Origin: Pseudomonadota bacterium
Lineage (GTDB): Bacteria > Myxococcota_A > UBA796 > GCA-2862545
Direction of reading: 5' to 3'
Length of the DNA stretch: 63,617 nucleotides
Assembly (NCBI GenBank): GCA_947490265.1
Contig: CANLGQ010000001.1
Location: 1 to 63,617, forward strand
The stretch's first letter is position 1. Each line of letters starts with the position of its first letter. Positions 1-9,691 of the stretch are shown here, piece after piece. The position numbers were made by a program, and so were the translations under genes. The notes under the pieces were generated by a model. It did no database searches. It was given only the letters and a program-made list of their open reading frames with translations, and was not told the origin of the DNA.

Positions 1-1548
1 CTGCCGGTTCTCTCCTTGTTGATCGCGCTTCCGGCGGTCGTGGGCGTCCTGCTGGCGCTGGTGCCGCCGGCGAACACCGCGGTGTTCAAGTGGGTCGCGC
101 TCGCGGTCTCGCTGGTCGAGCTGGGTCTGTCCGGGGTGGCACTGCGCGACTTTCGGGAGCCGGTGGGTGCGGGCCTCGCGCTCGTCGAGAACCACCCGTG
201 GATCGAGGCGTTCTCGATCCGCTACAGCCTCGGCGTCGACGGCGTGGCGCTGCTGATGATCGTGCTGACCGGGCTCATCATGCCGCTCGCCATCGGCGCG
301 AGCTGGTCGAGCATCACCGACCGGCCAAAGGGCTTCTTCATCGCGCTCCTGTTCCTGGAAGCGGGGATGATGGGGGTGTTTGCTGCGGCAGACCTCTTCC
401 TCTTCTATGTGTTCTGGGAGGTCATGCTGATTCCGATGGCGCTGATGATCGGCGTCTGGGGCGGAAAGAACCGGGTGGCCGCGAGCGTGAAGTTCGTGCT
501 CTACACGTTGTTCGGCTCGCTCCTGATGTTCGTCGCCATCCTCTACGTGTACACGGTGTCCCTCGCCGCGGGTGCGCCGACCTTCGACATCGCGACCCTG
601 GCCCAGATCGTCCCGCCTCGGGTAGACGGCTGGGTGGAGGTGCTGCTGTTCTGGGCGTTCGCGCTGTCGTTTGCGATCAAGGTCCCGATGTTCCCGGTCC
701 ATACCTGGCTGCCCGACGCGCACACCGAGGCGCCCACCGCCGGTTCGGTGATCCTGGCGGGCGTGCTCCTCAAGATGGGGACCTACGGCTTCCTGCGGTT
801 TGCCATCCCCTTGTTTCCGTGGGCGGCCCAATGGAGCACGCCGGCGATCCTGACCTTGTCGGCCGTCGGAATCGTCTTTGGCTCCTTCATGTGCATGGTG
901 CAAACCGACATCAAGCGGCTCGTCGCCTACTCGTCGGTGGCCCACCTCGGGTTCGTGATGCTGGGGCTCTTCTCGGGGTCGGTGATCGGCGCGCAGGGCG
1001 GCGTCCTGCAGATGATCAACCACGGGATCTCCACCGGCGCGCTGTTTCTCTTGGTCGGGGTGATCTACGAGCGCGCGCACACCCGCGGCGTCACCGACTT
1101 CGGCGGCTTGGCCAAGACGATGCCGGTGTACGCGGTCCTCTTCCTCATCGTGACGCTGTCCTCGATCGGGCTGCCGGGCACGAACGGGTTCGTGGGCGAG
1201 TTCCTCATCCTGCTGGGGACCTGGCAGCGCTACCCGCTCGCGGCGGCCGTCGGTGCGCTCGGCGTCGTGCTCGGCGCCGTGTATATGCTCACCCTGTACC
1301 GCAACGTGTTCTTCGGCACGGCGCGAAATCCCAAGTTCGCGGCGCTAGCCGAGCCGAACCGCGTCGAGCTGGCCACCCTGCTGCCGCTGGTGGCGCTCAT
1401 CTTCGCGATCGGGTTTTTCCCAAACCCGCTCCTGCAGCTCAGTGAGGCGCCGGTCCAGCGGGTCGTCGATCAGCTCGTCCCGCCATCGGCGGCCGTTGGC
1501 GGCCGGATCACCCCGGCGATGCTCCGCCGCGCGGAGGCGCACCCATGA
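1..1548 (+). CDS. nuoM: NADH-quinone oxidoreductase subunit M (5-prime partial)
   Basis: The frame is open to the window edge: codons 1-15 (LPVLS) precede the TTG at 16, so the true start lies upstream. Polytopic protein with the ND4/NuoM antiporter-like motif WLPDAHTEAPTAGSVILAGVLLKMGTYG. Its stop overlaps the nuoN start (ATGA at 1545-1548). Confidence 0.9.
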   Translation: MPVLSLLIALPAVVGVLLALVPPANTAVFKWVALAVSLVELGLSGVALRDFREPVGAGLALVENHPWIEAFSIRYSLGVDGVALLMIVLTGLIMPLAIGASWSSITDRPKGFFIALLFLEAGMMGVFAAADLFLFYVFWEVMLIPMALMIGVWGGKNRVAASVKFVLYTLFGSLLMFVAILYVYTVSLAAGAPTFDIATLAQIVPPRVDGWVEVLLFWAFALSFAIKVPMFPVHTWLPDAHTEAPTAGSVILAGVLLKMGTYGFLRFAIPLFPWAAQWSTPAILTLSAVGIVFGSFMCMVQTDIKRLVAYSSVAHLGFVMLGLFSGSVIGAQGGVLQMINHGISTGALFLLVGVIYERAHTRGVTDFGGLAKTMPVYAVLFLIVTLSSIGLPGTNGFVGEFLILLGTWQRYPLAAAVGALGVVLGAVYMLTLYRNVFFGTARNPKFAALAEPNRVELATLLPLVALIFAIGFFPNPLLQLSEAPVQRVVDQLVPPSAAVGGRITPAMLRRAEAHP

Positions 1549-3035
1549 TGGTCCTCACCGAAACGGATTGGCTGGCCCTGTCGCCTGCGCTGTGCCTGCT
1601 GGTCGCCGGACTCGCGGCGGTGGGCGCAGATCTCTGGCGGCGGAGCCACAGCGCGTTCGTGTCCTGCCTGTTGTCGCTGGTCGGCGTGGGCGTGGCGTGT
1701 GGGATCCTCCTCCGCCTGCTCGTGACCGGTGGGACGTATCGCGGCTTCGAAGGGACGATCCTCCTCGATCAGACCGCGGCCCTCCTCTCGCTGGGCGTGT
1801 GCGTTGCGACGACGCTCATCCTCTCGATCGCGCCGGTGGATAGTCACCGCCGGCGCACGAATTTCGGCGAATTGTACGGCCTGATCCTGCTTGCGGCGTG
1901 CGGCATGGTCCTGCTGCTGTGCAGCAACGACTTCATGTTGATCTTCTTGAACATCGAGGTCATGTCGATCGCGATGTACGTCTTGACCGGGATCACCCGG
2001 CGGAATCCGCGTTCGAACGAAGCGGCCCTCAAGTACCTGGTGACCGGTGCGTTCGCGACGGGATTCCTCCTGCTCGGCGTCGCGCTTCTCTACGGCGCCA
2101 CCGGCACGTTCCGCCTGGAGGGAATCGGCGGCGCCCTCGCCACCGGGAACAACAGCCCGTTGCTGCCGCTCGGGTTCGGGCTCCTCATCGTGGGGTTCGG
2201 CTTCAAGATCGGGGCGGTGCCCTTCCACATGTGGGTGGCCGACGTCTACGAGGGGGCGCCGACCACGTCCACGGCGTTCATGGCGGTCACCGTGAAGGCG
2301 GCGGCCACGGGGGCCCTGCTCCGGGTGTTGATCATCGCCGGCGGCACGCGCTCGGACCTGTGGGCTCCGAGCCTGTGGTGGGTGGCCCTCGCGACGATGG
2401 TGGTCGGGAACCTGCTCGCCGCTCACCAGACCTCGGTGAAGCGCATGCTGGCCTACTCGAGCGTCGCCCACACCGGCTACGCGCTGGTCGCGATGGCGAG
2501 CATGCTCGGAACCAACGGCGATTTCTCGCTCGACGGCGCTGCGGCCGTGGTGTTCTACCTGTTCTCGTACACCTTCACGACCCTGGGCGCGTTCCTCTTC
2601 CTCGTCCACGTCGGGCACGAGGTGCCGGGGAAAGCAGGTGCTGAGTGGCAAGACGCCGAGACGCTGGACGATCTCGCCGGGCTCGGCTTTCGCCGGCCAT
2701 GGGCTGCGGGTGCGATGGCGCTGTTCTTGCTCTCGCTCGGCGGGGTCCCCCCGACGGCCGGGTTCTTCGGGAAGTTCTTTCTCTTTCAGGCCGCCGTGGG
2801 GCGCGGCCACACCCTCCTGGTGGTGCTCGGCGTCCTCACCTCACTCGTGTCGTTGTTCTATTACATGCGGGTGATCGTCGCGATGTACATGCGGCCCGCG
2901 GTCATGACGGACGAGCAGCCGAGGGCGTCGGTGGGCGCGGTGCTCGCCCTGTCGGCGCTGGCGACGGTCCTGCTGGGGGTCGTGCCGGGTCCGGTGGTCG
3001 AGTGGGCCACGCGCGGGATCGCCTCGCTTCACTGA
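1545..3035 (+). CDS. nuoN: NADH-quinone oxidoreductase subunit N
   Basis: 496-aa polytopic protein with the ND2/NuoN pattern (FKIGAVPFHMWVADVYEGAPT, KRMLAYSSVAHTGY). Translationally coupled to nuoM and the last gene of the nuo order. Confidence 0.9.
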   Translation: MMVLTETDWLALSPALCLLVAGLAAVGADLWRRSHSAFVSCLLSLVGVGVACGILLRLLVTGGTYRGFEGTILLDQTAALLSLGVCVATTLILSIAPVDSHRRRTNFGELYGLILLAACGMVLLLCSNDFMLIFLNIEVMSIAMYVLTGITRRNPRSNEAALKYLVTGAFATGFLLLGVALLYGATGTFRLEGIGGALATGNNSPLLPLGFGLLIVGFGFKIGAVPFHMWVADVYEGAPTTSTAFMAVTVKAAATGALLRVLIIAGGTRSDLWAPSLWWVALATMVVGNLLAAHQTSVKRMLAYSSVAHTGYALVAMASMLGTNGDFSLDGAAAVVFYLFSYTFTTLGAFLFLVHVGHEVPGKAGAEWQDAETLDDLAGLGFRRPWAAGAMALFLLSLGGVPPTAGFFGKFFLFQAAVGRGHTLLVVLGVLTSLVSLFYYMRVIVAMYMRPAVMTDEQPRASVGAVLALSALATVLLGVVPGPVVEWATRGIASLH

Positions 3036-3044
3036 CCCCGCTGC

Positions 3045-3623
3045 CTAGACCCGCGGGGCCCACGGCGAGTCGTCCTCCGCGTCCTCGTCGATTGGCGGGG
3101 CGTTGGCCTCGTCGTCGGCCGCCTGCGCGGCCGCCTCGGTCTCGATCGTGAAGCTGGGCGGCGCGTACTCCCGTATTGCCGCCAGCAAGGCCTCCGGTCC
3201 ATCCTCAGGGGTGAAGTATAGGGTTTCGGGGTGCTCTGGGTCGGGCGCACAGAGCACCGCAAAGCGATCCGGGTGCTGGGGAATCTGCATGAGGTGTTCG
3301 GCCCGGGACCACGGCACCGTCCACCGAAGCAGGGTCTTCTCGGCTTCCTTCCAAGCGTGCCAGAGGTACAGCAGGAGCCCGCTCACCGTCGCGACCGGCA
3401 TGACCTGCCCCACGCGGTCCGTGGCCAGCGCGAGCACGGCGCCCCCCGCGATGACGGCTACGCCCGCGAACCGCCCGTTGAACGGCACGGGTCGGTCCAC
3501 GGCGGTGCCCGAGGCCCCGATCCCGTCCGGTCCGATGTCGAGACAGCCTGAGCCCGTCAGTCGGTACAGGCGGAGGCCCTCGATGTCGCGCGGCGCTTCG
3601 AACATACCGGTGAGTCGGGTCAT
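3045..3623 (-). CDS. hypothetical protein with central hydrophobic hairpin and acidic C-terminus
   Basis: 192-aa ORF with normal amino-acid composition and high GC3. Two predicted TM segments (FAGVAVIAGGAVLALA, VSGLLLYLWHAW). No family recognised. Confidence 0.6.
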   Translation of the reverse strand: MTRLTGMFEAPRDIEGLRLYRLTGSGCLDIGPDGIGASGTAVDRPVPFNGRFAGVAVIAGGAVLALATDRVGQVMPVATVSGLLLYLWHAWKEAEKTLLRWTVPWSRAEHLMQIPQHPDRFAVLCAPDPEHPETLYFTPEDGPEALLAAIREYAPPSFTIETEAAAQAADDEANAPPIDEDAEDDSPWAPRV

Positions 3624-3874
3624 GCTCCTCGCTTAATCGCACCGCTCCGACTCGGCCCGCCGCGCGCGGTTCGGCCTTGACGCGACCTTGACGAACTCCG
3701 CGCGAGGTCGATCGTCAAACAAGAACAGTTTGCGTTCCGTTGACCATCCGGGGAGAACCGGCGGGCAGGGGGCGCGGTCTGGTGAGATTGACGGGAACCT
3801 GACTCGACCGGAGTTGTTCCGGCCGGGCAGACGCAACAAGATAGGCCGTCGCATCCCTTCATGTGGAGCCACCA

Positions 3875-5920
3875 ATGGCTGGAAATTCGCCCACGGTAAT
3901 CCTCGAAGCCCGGCGTGGAACTGCCCTTCTCAAGAGCGGACAGTTCAACGAGCCGAGCATCACCATCGGGCGCAGCAGCAGCGCGATGTTCGCGGTGGAT
4001 TCTGCAGATCTGGCCGATCTGCACGCCGTTCTGAACGTCGAGGAAGACTGCTCGGTCGCCCTCCTCGATCTCGGCAGCCCGGTCGGCGTGTTGTTCAAGG
4101 GCGAGAAGATCTCGAACGCCAACCTTCAATCCGGCGAGACGTTCGGGGTCGGCGAGCTGTCGTTCCGGGTCATGGTCTACTCGGCCGACGACTTCGAGGA
4201 GGAGTCGGCAACCCGGGTCGAGGCCCGGCCCGACAACGGCACGGTTCCCCCCGCGCCGGGCCGCGACGTGGAGGATCACACCGAAGAGGAGGTCTCGGCC
4301 GAGGCCCAGGCCGAGGTCGCGAGCGAGGATCACGCCGAACCCGCTGCCCCTGCCCACGCGGCGGTGTCCGACGAGGAGCACGTGGCGGAGGCGCACGACG
4401 ACGACGACGAGCACGGCGACCACCCCGATCACGAGGATGTCCTGGCCTTCGTCATGAAGACCACCCCCGGCCAGGCGACCAAGAAGGCCAAGGTGCTCGA
4501 GATCAACCAGATGTGGGGCAACGTCCTGGTGGACACGCGGCAGTTCCCGGCCGACGGGCGCGACGTCTCGGTGGGGGCCTCCATGGGCTACCGCTGGCGG
4601 CTGCTCGGGGTGGACATGGGTTGGGTTCCGACCCCGCTCGGCATGGCGCTCCCGATGATGATGCCGCTGTGGAGCGACGTCCAGAAGGAGTGGAAAAACG
4701 ACTTCTACGTGCCGGTGTCCGCACTTCCGTCCGAGTCCGACTTCACGCTGTTCTCTCACCCGGAGCCCGGTCAGTACGTCGCGAACGTAGCCAAGGGTTG
4801 GGACGGCTTCGTCGACGTCGAGGACAAGCGCTACTCGTTCGAGGAGCTGGTCACCGCCGGAAAGGCCAAGAAGTCGAGCGAAGGGGGCTACGAGGTGCCC
4901 CTCGCGGAGGACATGCGCCTCACCGTGGATGCCGCGGGACAGGTGTTCTTCGCCCACTTCGCCCTGCACGATGCCCGGTTGGTGGCCCGACTCACCGATG
5001 ACGTGGATTACCCCTTCGTCGGCATGATGGCCTTCGGGGTGTTCGTGTTTGCCTCGATCGGGTTCACGATGGCGTTCATGCCGCCGCTGCCCGACAACAA
5101 CACGAACGAGATCGACGAGCGCCTGGTCGAGCTCATGCTGCAGAAGCCTGAGGAGGAGAAGAAGGAACAGAAGAAGCCCGATGCCAACCCCGACGCGGGC
5201 GAGGGCGCCAAGGCCAAGAAAGAGGAAGGCAAGGTCGGAAAGGAGAAGGCCAAGCTCGACAAGGCCAAGGGCAACAAGGTCGAGATCAAGCAGCAGGAGA
5301 TCGACCGCGAGATCGCCGAGCAGGCCGGTGTGCTCGGGGCCATGGCCGACAGCAACCTCGACCAGATCCTCGGCGCCTCGGGGCTGTCCTCGGAGCTGCG
5401 AGGCGGGATCGGCGGGCTCATCGGCGCCAAGGGCAGCCAGATCGGATCGGGCGGTCTCGGTGCGCGTGGCGGCGGTCTCGGCGGCGGTGGGACGGCTGAG
5501 GGCCTCGGCGGCCTCGGCACGAAGGGCATGGGCTCTGGCGCGTCGGGCTACGGCAAGGGCGGCGGAAACTTCGGTGCCAAGGGCGAAGGTGGCATCGGAA
5601 CCGTCGGCGGCGACCCGATCATCCTCGGCGCGCTCGACCGGTCCCTCATCGACGAGGTGATCAAGCGCCACATGAACCAGATCCGGTACTGCTACCAGCG
5701 CGAGCTCACGAAGAACCCGGCGCTTGGGGGCAAAATCGTCATCAAGTTCGTGATCGCCAAGGACGGCACCGTGTCGTCTGCCGAGAAGAAGACTTCGACG
5801 ATGAACAACGGCGCGGTCGAGCAGTGCATCGTCGGCCGGTTCATGCGGATGCAGTTCCCCACGCCGAAGGGCGGCGGGATCGTCATCGTCAGCTATCCGT
5901 TCATCTTCTCGCCAGGGTAA
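3875..5920 (+). CDS. FHA-like N-terminal domain / TM / Lys-Glu-rich and Gly-rich linker / AgmX-PglI-type (TonB_C-like) C-terminal domain protein
   Basis: GGAG at 3865-3868 lies 6 nt before ATG 3875; GTG 3863 is an alternative start. The N-terminus reads like an FHA fold (ITIGRSSSAMFAVDSADLADLHAVL...GSPVGVLFKGEKI). There is one TM segment (FVGMMAFGVFVFASIGFTMAF). The C-terminal 90 aa (LDRSLIDEVIKRHMNQIRYCYQRELTKNPALGGKIVIKFVIAKDGTV...) match the myxobacterial AgmX/PglI tail. Confidence 0.8.
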   Translation: MAGNSPTVILEARRGTALLKSGQFNEPSITIGRSSSAMFAVDSADLADLHAVLNVEEDCSVALLDLGSPVGVLFKGEKISNANLQSGETFGVGELSFRVMVYSADDFEEESATRVEARPDNGTVPPAPGRDVEDHTEEEVSAEAQAEVASEDHAEPAAPAHAAVSDEEHVAEAHDDDDEHGDHPDHEDVLAFVMKTTPGQATKKAKVLEINQMWGNVLVDTRQFPADGRDVSVGASMGYRWRLLGVDMGWVPTPLGMALPMMMPLWSDVQKEWKNDFYVPVSALPSESDFTLFSHPEPGQYVANVAKGWDGFVDVEDKRYSFEELVTAGKAKKSSEGGYEVPLAEDMRLTVDAAGQVFFAHFALHDARLVARLTDDVDYPFVGMMAFGVFVFASIGFTMAFMPPLPDNNTNEIDERLVELMLQKPEEEKKEQKKPDANPDAGEGAKAKKEEGKVGKEKAKLDKAKGNKVEIKQQEIDREIAEQAGVLGAMADSNLDQILGASGLSSELRGGIGGLIGAKGSQIGSGGLGARGGGLGGGGTAEGLGGLGTKGMGSGASGYGKGGGNFGAKGEGGIGTVGGDPIILGALDRSLIDEVIKRHMNQIRYCYQRELTKNPALGGKIVIKFVIAKDGTVSSAEKKTSTMNNGAVEQCIVGRFMRMQFPTPKGGGIVIVSYPFIFSPG

Positions 5921-6042
5921 ACCTGCAGAAGTGAGCGTGACGACCTCGCTTCGGCGGGGTCGTTCTGCTTTTCGAGACACGAGGTGACGATCTAGAAGGA
6001 CGGAAGGGTGCCGGTCGAGCGTCAGAGGGGCAGGAGGACGCG

Positions 6043-6480
6043 ATGCTGGCCGTCGAGACCTGGTGGGGGGATTGCTGGATTGCGGACCGCTCGTCGGAAC
6101 TTCCGGCGGCTGTGCGGGGCGGGACCGGTTGGGTGGACCGGGTTTCGGTGCTCGGCATCGATCTGGGCCGGGTGACGCCGGGAGTCGCCGCGATTGCGCG
6201 CTGGATCCCGGTGTTCGTGGAGGTGACCTCGGAGCCGGCCTCGCTCGCGGCGGTCGGCCTGGAGCGCCAACTCGCCTACGTGGACGCGGCGGGCTGGGTG
6301 GTGGTGGCCGAGGTGCCCGGCTGGCGCTGTGCCGCGGGGCACCGTTTCAAGCTGGCCGAGGGCGAGGCGGTGTCGCTCGTCGGGCCAGGGGTGGTCGTGC
6401 GCCTGCGCAATGAGGGTCCGGTGCGCCGCGAAACCGCACGGTTCGTGGTCGCGCTGCCGCCGCTTCGCCGGGTGGCCTGA
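6043..6480 (+). CDS. hypothetical protein
   Basis: 145-aa ORF with strong GC3 bias and ordinary composition. It lies directly downstream of the PglI-like gene. The competing antisense ORF 6022..6591 is Arg/Pro-rich. Confidence 0.5.
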   Translation: MLAVETWWGDCWIADRSSELPAAVRGGTGWVDRVSVLGIDLGRVTPGVAAIARWIPVFVEVTSEPASLAAVGLERQLAYVDAAGWVVVAEVPGWRCAAGHRFKLAEGEAVSLVGPGVVVRLRNEGPVRRETARFVVALPPLRRVA

Positions 6481-6589
6481 GCGCTGGGTGCTGGCGCGTC
6501 CGGAGGTGCCGCCGGGCAGATCGCGCGGTAGACAGGCCCCGGGGGTGCCTTTGTCCACGACCGCCGGCGGCCGGCCGTTGCTGCTCGAC

Positions 6590-7885
6590 ATGAACGGCTA
6601 CCAGTGGACCGTGTTGTTTGCGGCCTGGCTCGGCTGGGGCTTCGACGTGTTCGACGCCCTGCTCTTCAATTTTGTCGCGCCGAACTGCGTGCCCGCCCTG
6701 CTCGGGATCCCACTCGACGACCCCGGCGCGAAGTCGGCGACCCTCTTCTGGACCGGCCTGATCACCAGCGTGCTGCTCCTCGGATGGGCGGCGGGCGGCA
6801 TCCTGTTCGGCCGGGTCGCCGACCACATCGGCCGGTCGCGGACTCTGTTGCTCACGATGCTGGTCTACGCGATCGGCACCGCGGCCTGCGCGTTCGCCCC
6901 GAACATCTGGGTCCTCCTCCTCTTCCGGTTGATCGCCAGCCTCGGCATCGGCGGAGAGTGGGCCGCTGGCGCGGCGATGGTCGCGGAGGTCGTGCCGGAA
7001 AAGCGACGGGTGGAGGCGGGCGCGCTGCTCTACACCGCCGCGCCGCTCGGTATGTTCCTGGCGACCGAGGTGACCTGGCTCATCCAGGGGGTGCTGCTGC
7101 CTGGCGACCCTGAGGTGGCGTGGCGCTATGTGTTCGCCTGTGGGTTGATCCCGGCGATCTTCGCGATTGGGATCCGGCTCGTCATCAAGGAGCCGGAGCG
7201 GTGGAAAGCCGCTTCGGGCTCGGTGCCGTCGCTGCTCGAGCTGTTCCGCGGCCCCACGCTCAGGCTCACGCTCTCCGGTCTCGCCACCGCGATCGTCGCT
7301 CTTATCATGTGGTGGAGCTGCAATGCCTTCATCCCCCTGGTGGCGAACGGGCTCGCCGGAGTGGAGGCGAAGGCTCAGGGGCTCTTGCCCGAGGCCGCGA
7401 CGGCCCTGAAAGAATCCTGGAAGGCCACCGCGACGAATGCCTTCAACCTCGGCGGCATCATCGGCACGCTGCTCACCGTTCCGCTCGCGAAAGTCGCGGG
7501 TCGGCGGGCGATGTTCGGCCTTTACTTCGCAGCGTCCGGGCTCGCGATCCTGGCAGCGTTCGGCCTTGACCTCGCCCCGCAAACCCGCCTGTGGATGTAC
7601 TTTCCGGTCGGCCTGACGGTGTTCGGGGTCTTTGGAAGCTTCACCTACTACCTGCCCGAGCTCTACCCGACGCGGTTGCGGGGCACCGGGGCCGGCTTCT
7701 GCTACAATGCCGGGAGGGTGTTCGCCGCGGTCGGGCCGTTCGTGGTCGGCAGCGTCGCCTCGCGGGGGGCGGATTCCTTGGCGACCGCAATGCAGGTGCT
7801 GTTCTGGGTCGGCGTGGTCCCGCTGGTGGGGCTCCTGATCGTGCCGTTCATCGTCGAGACCCGCGATCAGGCGCTGGCCGACTGA
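6590..7885 (+). CDS. MFS transporter
   Basis: The start was moved to ATG 6590 (MNGYQWTVLFAAWLGWGFDVFD). The upstream 87 codons of the tracked ORF are Arg-rich and non-protein-like. 12-TM-type profile with the MFS loop motif GRVADHIGRSRTL. Confidence 0.85.
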   Translation: MNGYQWTVLFAAWLGWGFDVFDALLFNFVAPNCVPALLGIPLDDPGAKSATLFWTGLITSVLLLGWAAGGILFGRVADHIGRSRTLLLTMLVYAIGTAACAFAPNIWVLLLFRLIASLGIGGEWAAGAAMVAEVVPEKRRVEAGALLYTAAPLGMFLATEVTWLIQGVLLPGDPEVAWRYVFACGLIPAIFAIGIRLVIKEPERWKAASGSVPSLLELFRGPTLRLTLSGLATAIVALIMWWSCNAFIPLVANGLAGVEAKAQGLLPEAATALKESWKATATNAFNLGGIIGTLLTVPLAKVAGRRAMFGLYFAASGLAILAAFGLDLAPQTRLWMYFPVGLTVFGVFGSFTYYLPELYPTRLRGTGAGFCYNAGRVFAAVGPFVVGSVASRGADSLATAMQVLFWVGVVPLVGLLIVPFIVETRDQALAD

Positions 7886-9096
7886 TGCGGATCCTGCTCC
7901 TGGCGCTTCCGGGCTGCCTGATCACCCGCGCGGAGATCGACGCCAAGGACCATGGCTCGGGTGACGCCGACGCCGACGCCGACGCGGACACCGACACCCC
8001 TCCCCCGACCGACACGGCGGGCACCCCAGCGATCGCCGTGCCGCCGTTTTGCCCGGTGCGGTACGGCGGCGGGATACCGGTCGTGAACGGGGTGAAGGAG
8101 GACGCGACCAGCCTCGTCGGGGCAGACGTCAACGGCGACGAGAAAATCGACCTCGCGGGTGGAAAAGAGGCGCTTTTCCTGTACCCAGGGTTGGGCGCTG
8201 GGTACTTCTCGGTCCTGACCGAGTCCGTGCCTCGGTCCCTCTCTTCCCTGGCGGTTGGCGAACTCGACGACAAGCACTTCGGCGACGAGGTAGCGGTGGT
8301 GGGGGGCGGAACGCTCGAGATCGCCAATTGGGTGGGCGATGCGTTCTCGTTTGCCGCGCCGTGGGGGGAGGATTCCACCTTCGATGCCTTTCTGGTCGCG
8401 GTGGTCGACGTCAACGGCGATGGCCTCGACGATGTGATCGTGGTCGAAAGCGGTGGCCTCGTGGTGTGGTCGCGTCTGCTCGGTGCGTGGACCCCGCTGG
8501 CCCCGGGTGACCCGGTGGCCGGGCTCGATCAGGGGGTGGCGATCGCTCAGGGCGATCTCGAGGGGGACGGCGACCCCGACGTAGCGGTGCTGAGCCCTGG
8601 GGGGGTCACCATCGGCCTTGGAAGTGGGGCGAACGTGGTGACCCATCCGACCACCGGACTCTCGGGCACGCTGCTTGGCGCGACGTTCGCGGACATCGAC
8701 GGCCTCCCGGGCGACGAACTCGTCGGGGTCGGGCTGGATGGAGACCTGGTGGTGTGGCGCTACCACGCCCTGAACAGCGCCTGGACGCTCGACCAGACCG
8801 TTGCCGATGTCGAGGAAGGAGCCTTTCCGGTGTACGTCGGTGCGCTCGAGTTTGGGGATGGCTGCCGGGCGGTCGCTGTCGTTTTGCCCGAGTCCGTTCG
8901 GCTTTGGTGGCCGGACGGACAGGGGGCGCTCGCCACCGATCCCACCTCCATCACCCTCCCTGAGTTCGCTGGCGTGGACACGTTTGTCGCGGCAGCCACC
9001 TCGTTCGACGCGGATGGCGACGGCGATCCGGATCTTGTTGCGGCGTTGTCGACGGGGGGCACGGCCGTCTATACGTGGCTGCTCCGCCCGCAGTAG
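7885..9096 (+). CDS. FG-GAP/VCBS repeat lipoprotein
   Basis: ATG 7885 shares one base with the MFS stop (TGATG). Lipobox LALPGC. A DADADADADTDT linker is followed by repeated DVNGDGLDDVIVV / GDLEGDGDPDVAVL / FDADGDGDPDLVAA integrin-like FG-GAP motifs. Confidence 0.8.
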   Translation: MRILLLALPGCLITRAEIDAKDHGSGDADADADADTDTPPPTDTAGTPAIAVPPFCPVRYGGGIPVVNGVKEDATSLVGADVNGDEKIDLAGGKEALFLYPGLGAGYFSVLTESVPRSLSSLAVGELDDKHFGDEVAVVGGGTLEIANWVGDAFSFAAPWGEDSTFDAFLVAVVDVNGDGLDDVIVVESGGLVVWSRLLGAWTPLAPGDPVAGLDQGVAIAQGDLEGDGDPDVAVLSPGGVTIGLGSGANVVTHPTTGLSGTLLGATFADIDGLPGDELVGVGLDGDLVVWRYHALNSAWTLDQTVADVEEGAFPVYVGALEFGDGCRAVAVVLPESVRLWWPDGQGALATDPTSITLPEFAGVDTFVAAATSFDADGDGDPDLVAALSTGGTAVYTWLLRPQ

Positions 9097-9172
9097 GTGC
9101 GTCTTGGTGCGGGCATTGGTCGCCGCGGATCCATCCACCGCGCTCGCGGCACCTCCTGAACGGGAGGTCGGG

Positions 9173-9688
9173 ATGATCCTGGCGCTGGCGGCATGCACTG
9201 AGCAATCTGACGTGGCGGCCGAACCGCAGCCGCCCGTCACGGCGTCGCCGGTCGTGACCTCCGGGTCACCGGCCAAGGTGTTCGCGATCTCGCTCCTCGA
9301 TCCGGCCTCCGGCCTGCCGATCGACGCCGGGCAGGACCTGCTGGTGCACTACCCCGTCGGCCAGCCGACCGGTGATCTCCGGTTCGGGTTCGAGGTGGGT
9401 GGCACCGAGCTCGGGCAGGTCGGCTTGTTCCCGACCGTCGAGCGCCTCGACCTCACCGAGGAGATCACCAGCCCAAACGCCGAGGCCTATGTGCAGGCGA
9501 TGGCCGCCGAGCAGGCGTGCTCGTACTACCTTCTCGAGAACAAGGCGTTTCTCGCCTACACCACGCGGGACCAGTATGAGCTGCTCGACGGGGCCCGACT
9601 CCGACTCACGGTGTTCGCGTTCGACCTGCACACCCAGGCCGAGGCCGAGGCCACGGTGGAGGTGCGCGCGCGCGTCGTCTACGAGTGA
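9173..9688 (+). CDS. putative lipoprotein, unknown function
   Basis: GGGAGG lies 6-7 nt upstream of ATG 9173. Short MILALAAC lipobox-type leader. High GC3. Confidence 0.6.
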   Translation: MILALAACTEQSDVAAEPQPPVTASPVVTSGSPAKVFAISLLDPASGLPIDAGQDLLVHYPVGQPTGDLRFGFEVGGTELGQVGLFPTVERLDLTEEITSPNAEAYVQAMAAEQACSYYLLENKAFLAYTTRDQYELLDGARLRLTVFAFDLHTQAEAEATVEVRARVVYE

Positions 9689-9691
9689 CGC

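Noticed and set aside
3036-3058. 6-bp GC hairpin (CCCCGC...GCGGGG) spanning the convergent stops of nuoN and the hypothetical gene
   Set aside because: The stem is short, the loop is 11 nt, and there is no U-tract. It is indistinguishable from background GC self-complementarity.
3675-3693. Direct repeat CCTTGACG x2 spaced 11 bp in the divergent region upstream of the PglI-like gene (possible -35 elements or activator site)
   Set aside because: Neither TTGAC copy has a convincing -10 element at 16-18 bp. An 8-mer repeat is not statistically compelling, so I cannot support a promoter call.
3620-5980. 786-aa minus-strand ORF covering the whole PglI-like gene
   Set aside because: It is antisense to a gene with recognisable FHA-like and AgmX/PglI domains. 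The product is Arg/Leu/Asp/His/Gly-rich with no motifs. This is the typical shadow ORF of GC-rich DNA, where stop codons are rare in the antisense frame.
6329-6589. 87-codon N-terminal extension of the MFS ORF, and similar extensions at 7591-7884, 15739-16536, 16653-17864, 20386-20634, 25233..27212 beyond 26600, 31437-31619, 33338-33427 and 61823-61984
   Set aside because: The extensions are Arg/Pro/Gly-rich and overlap neighbouring real genes. Internal starts give proper signal peptides or family N-termini, often with a GGAGG-type site upstream.
7963-8000. GACGCC tandem hexanucleotide repeat
   Set aside because: It encodes the DADADADADTDT linker after the lipobox of the FG-GAP lipoprotein. 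This is coding low complexity, not a satellite or CRISPR.
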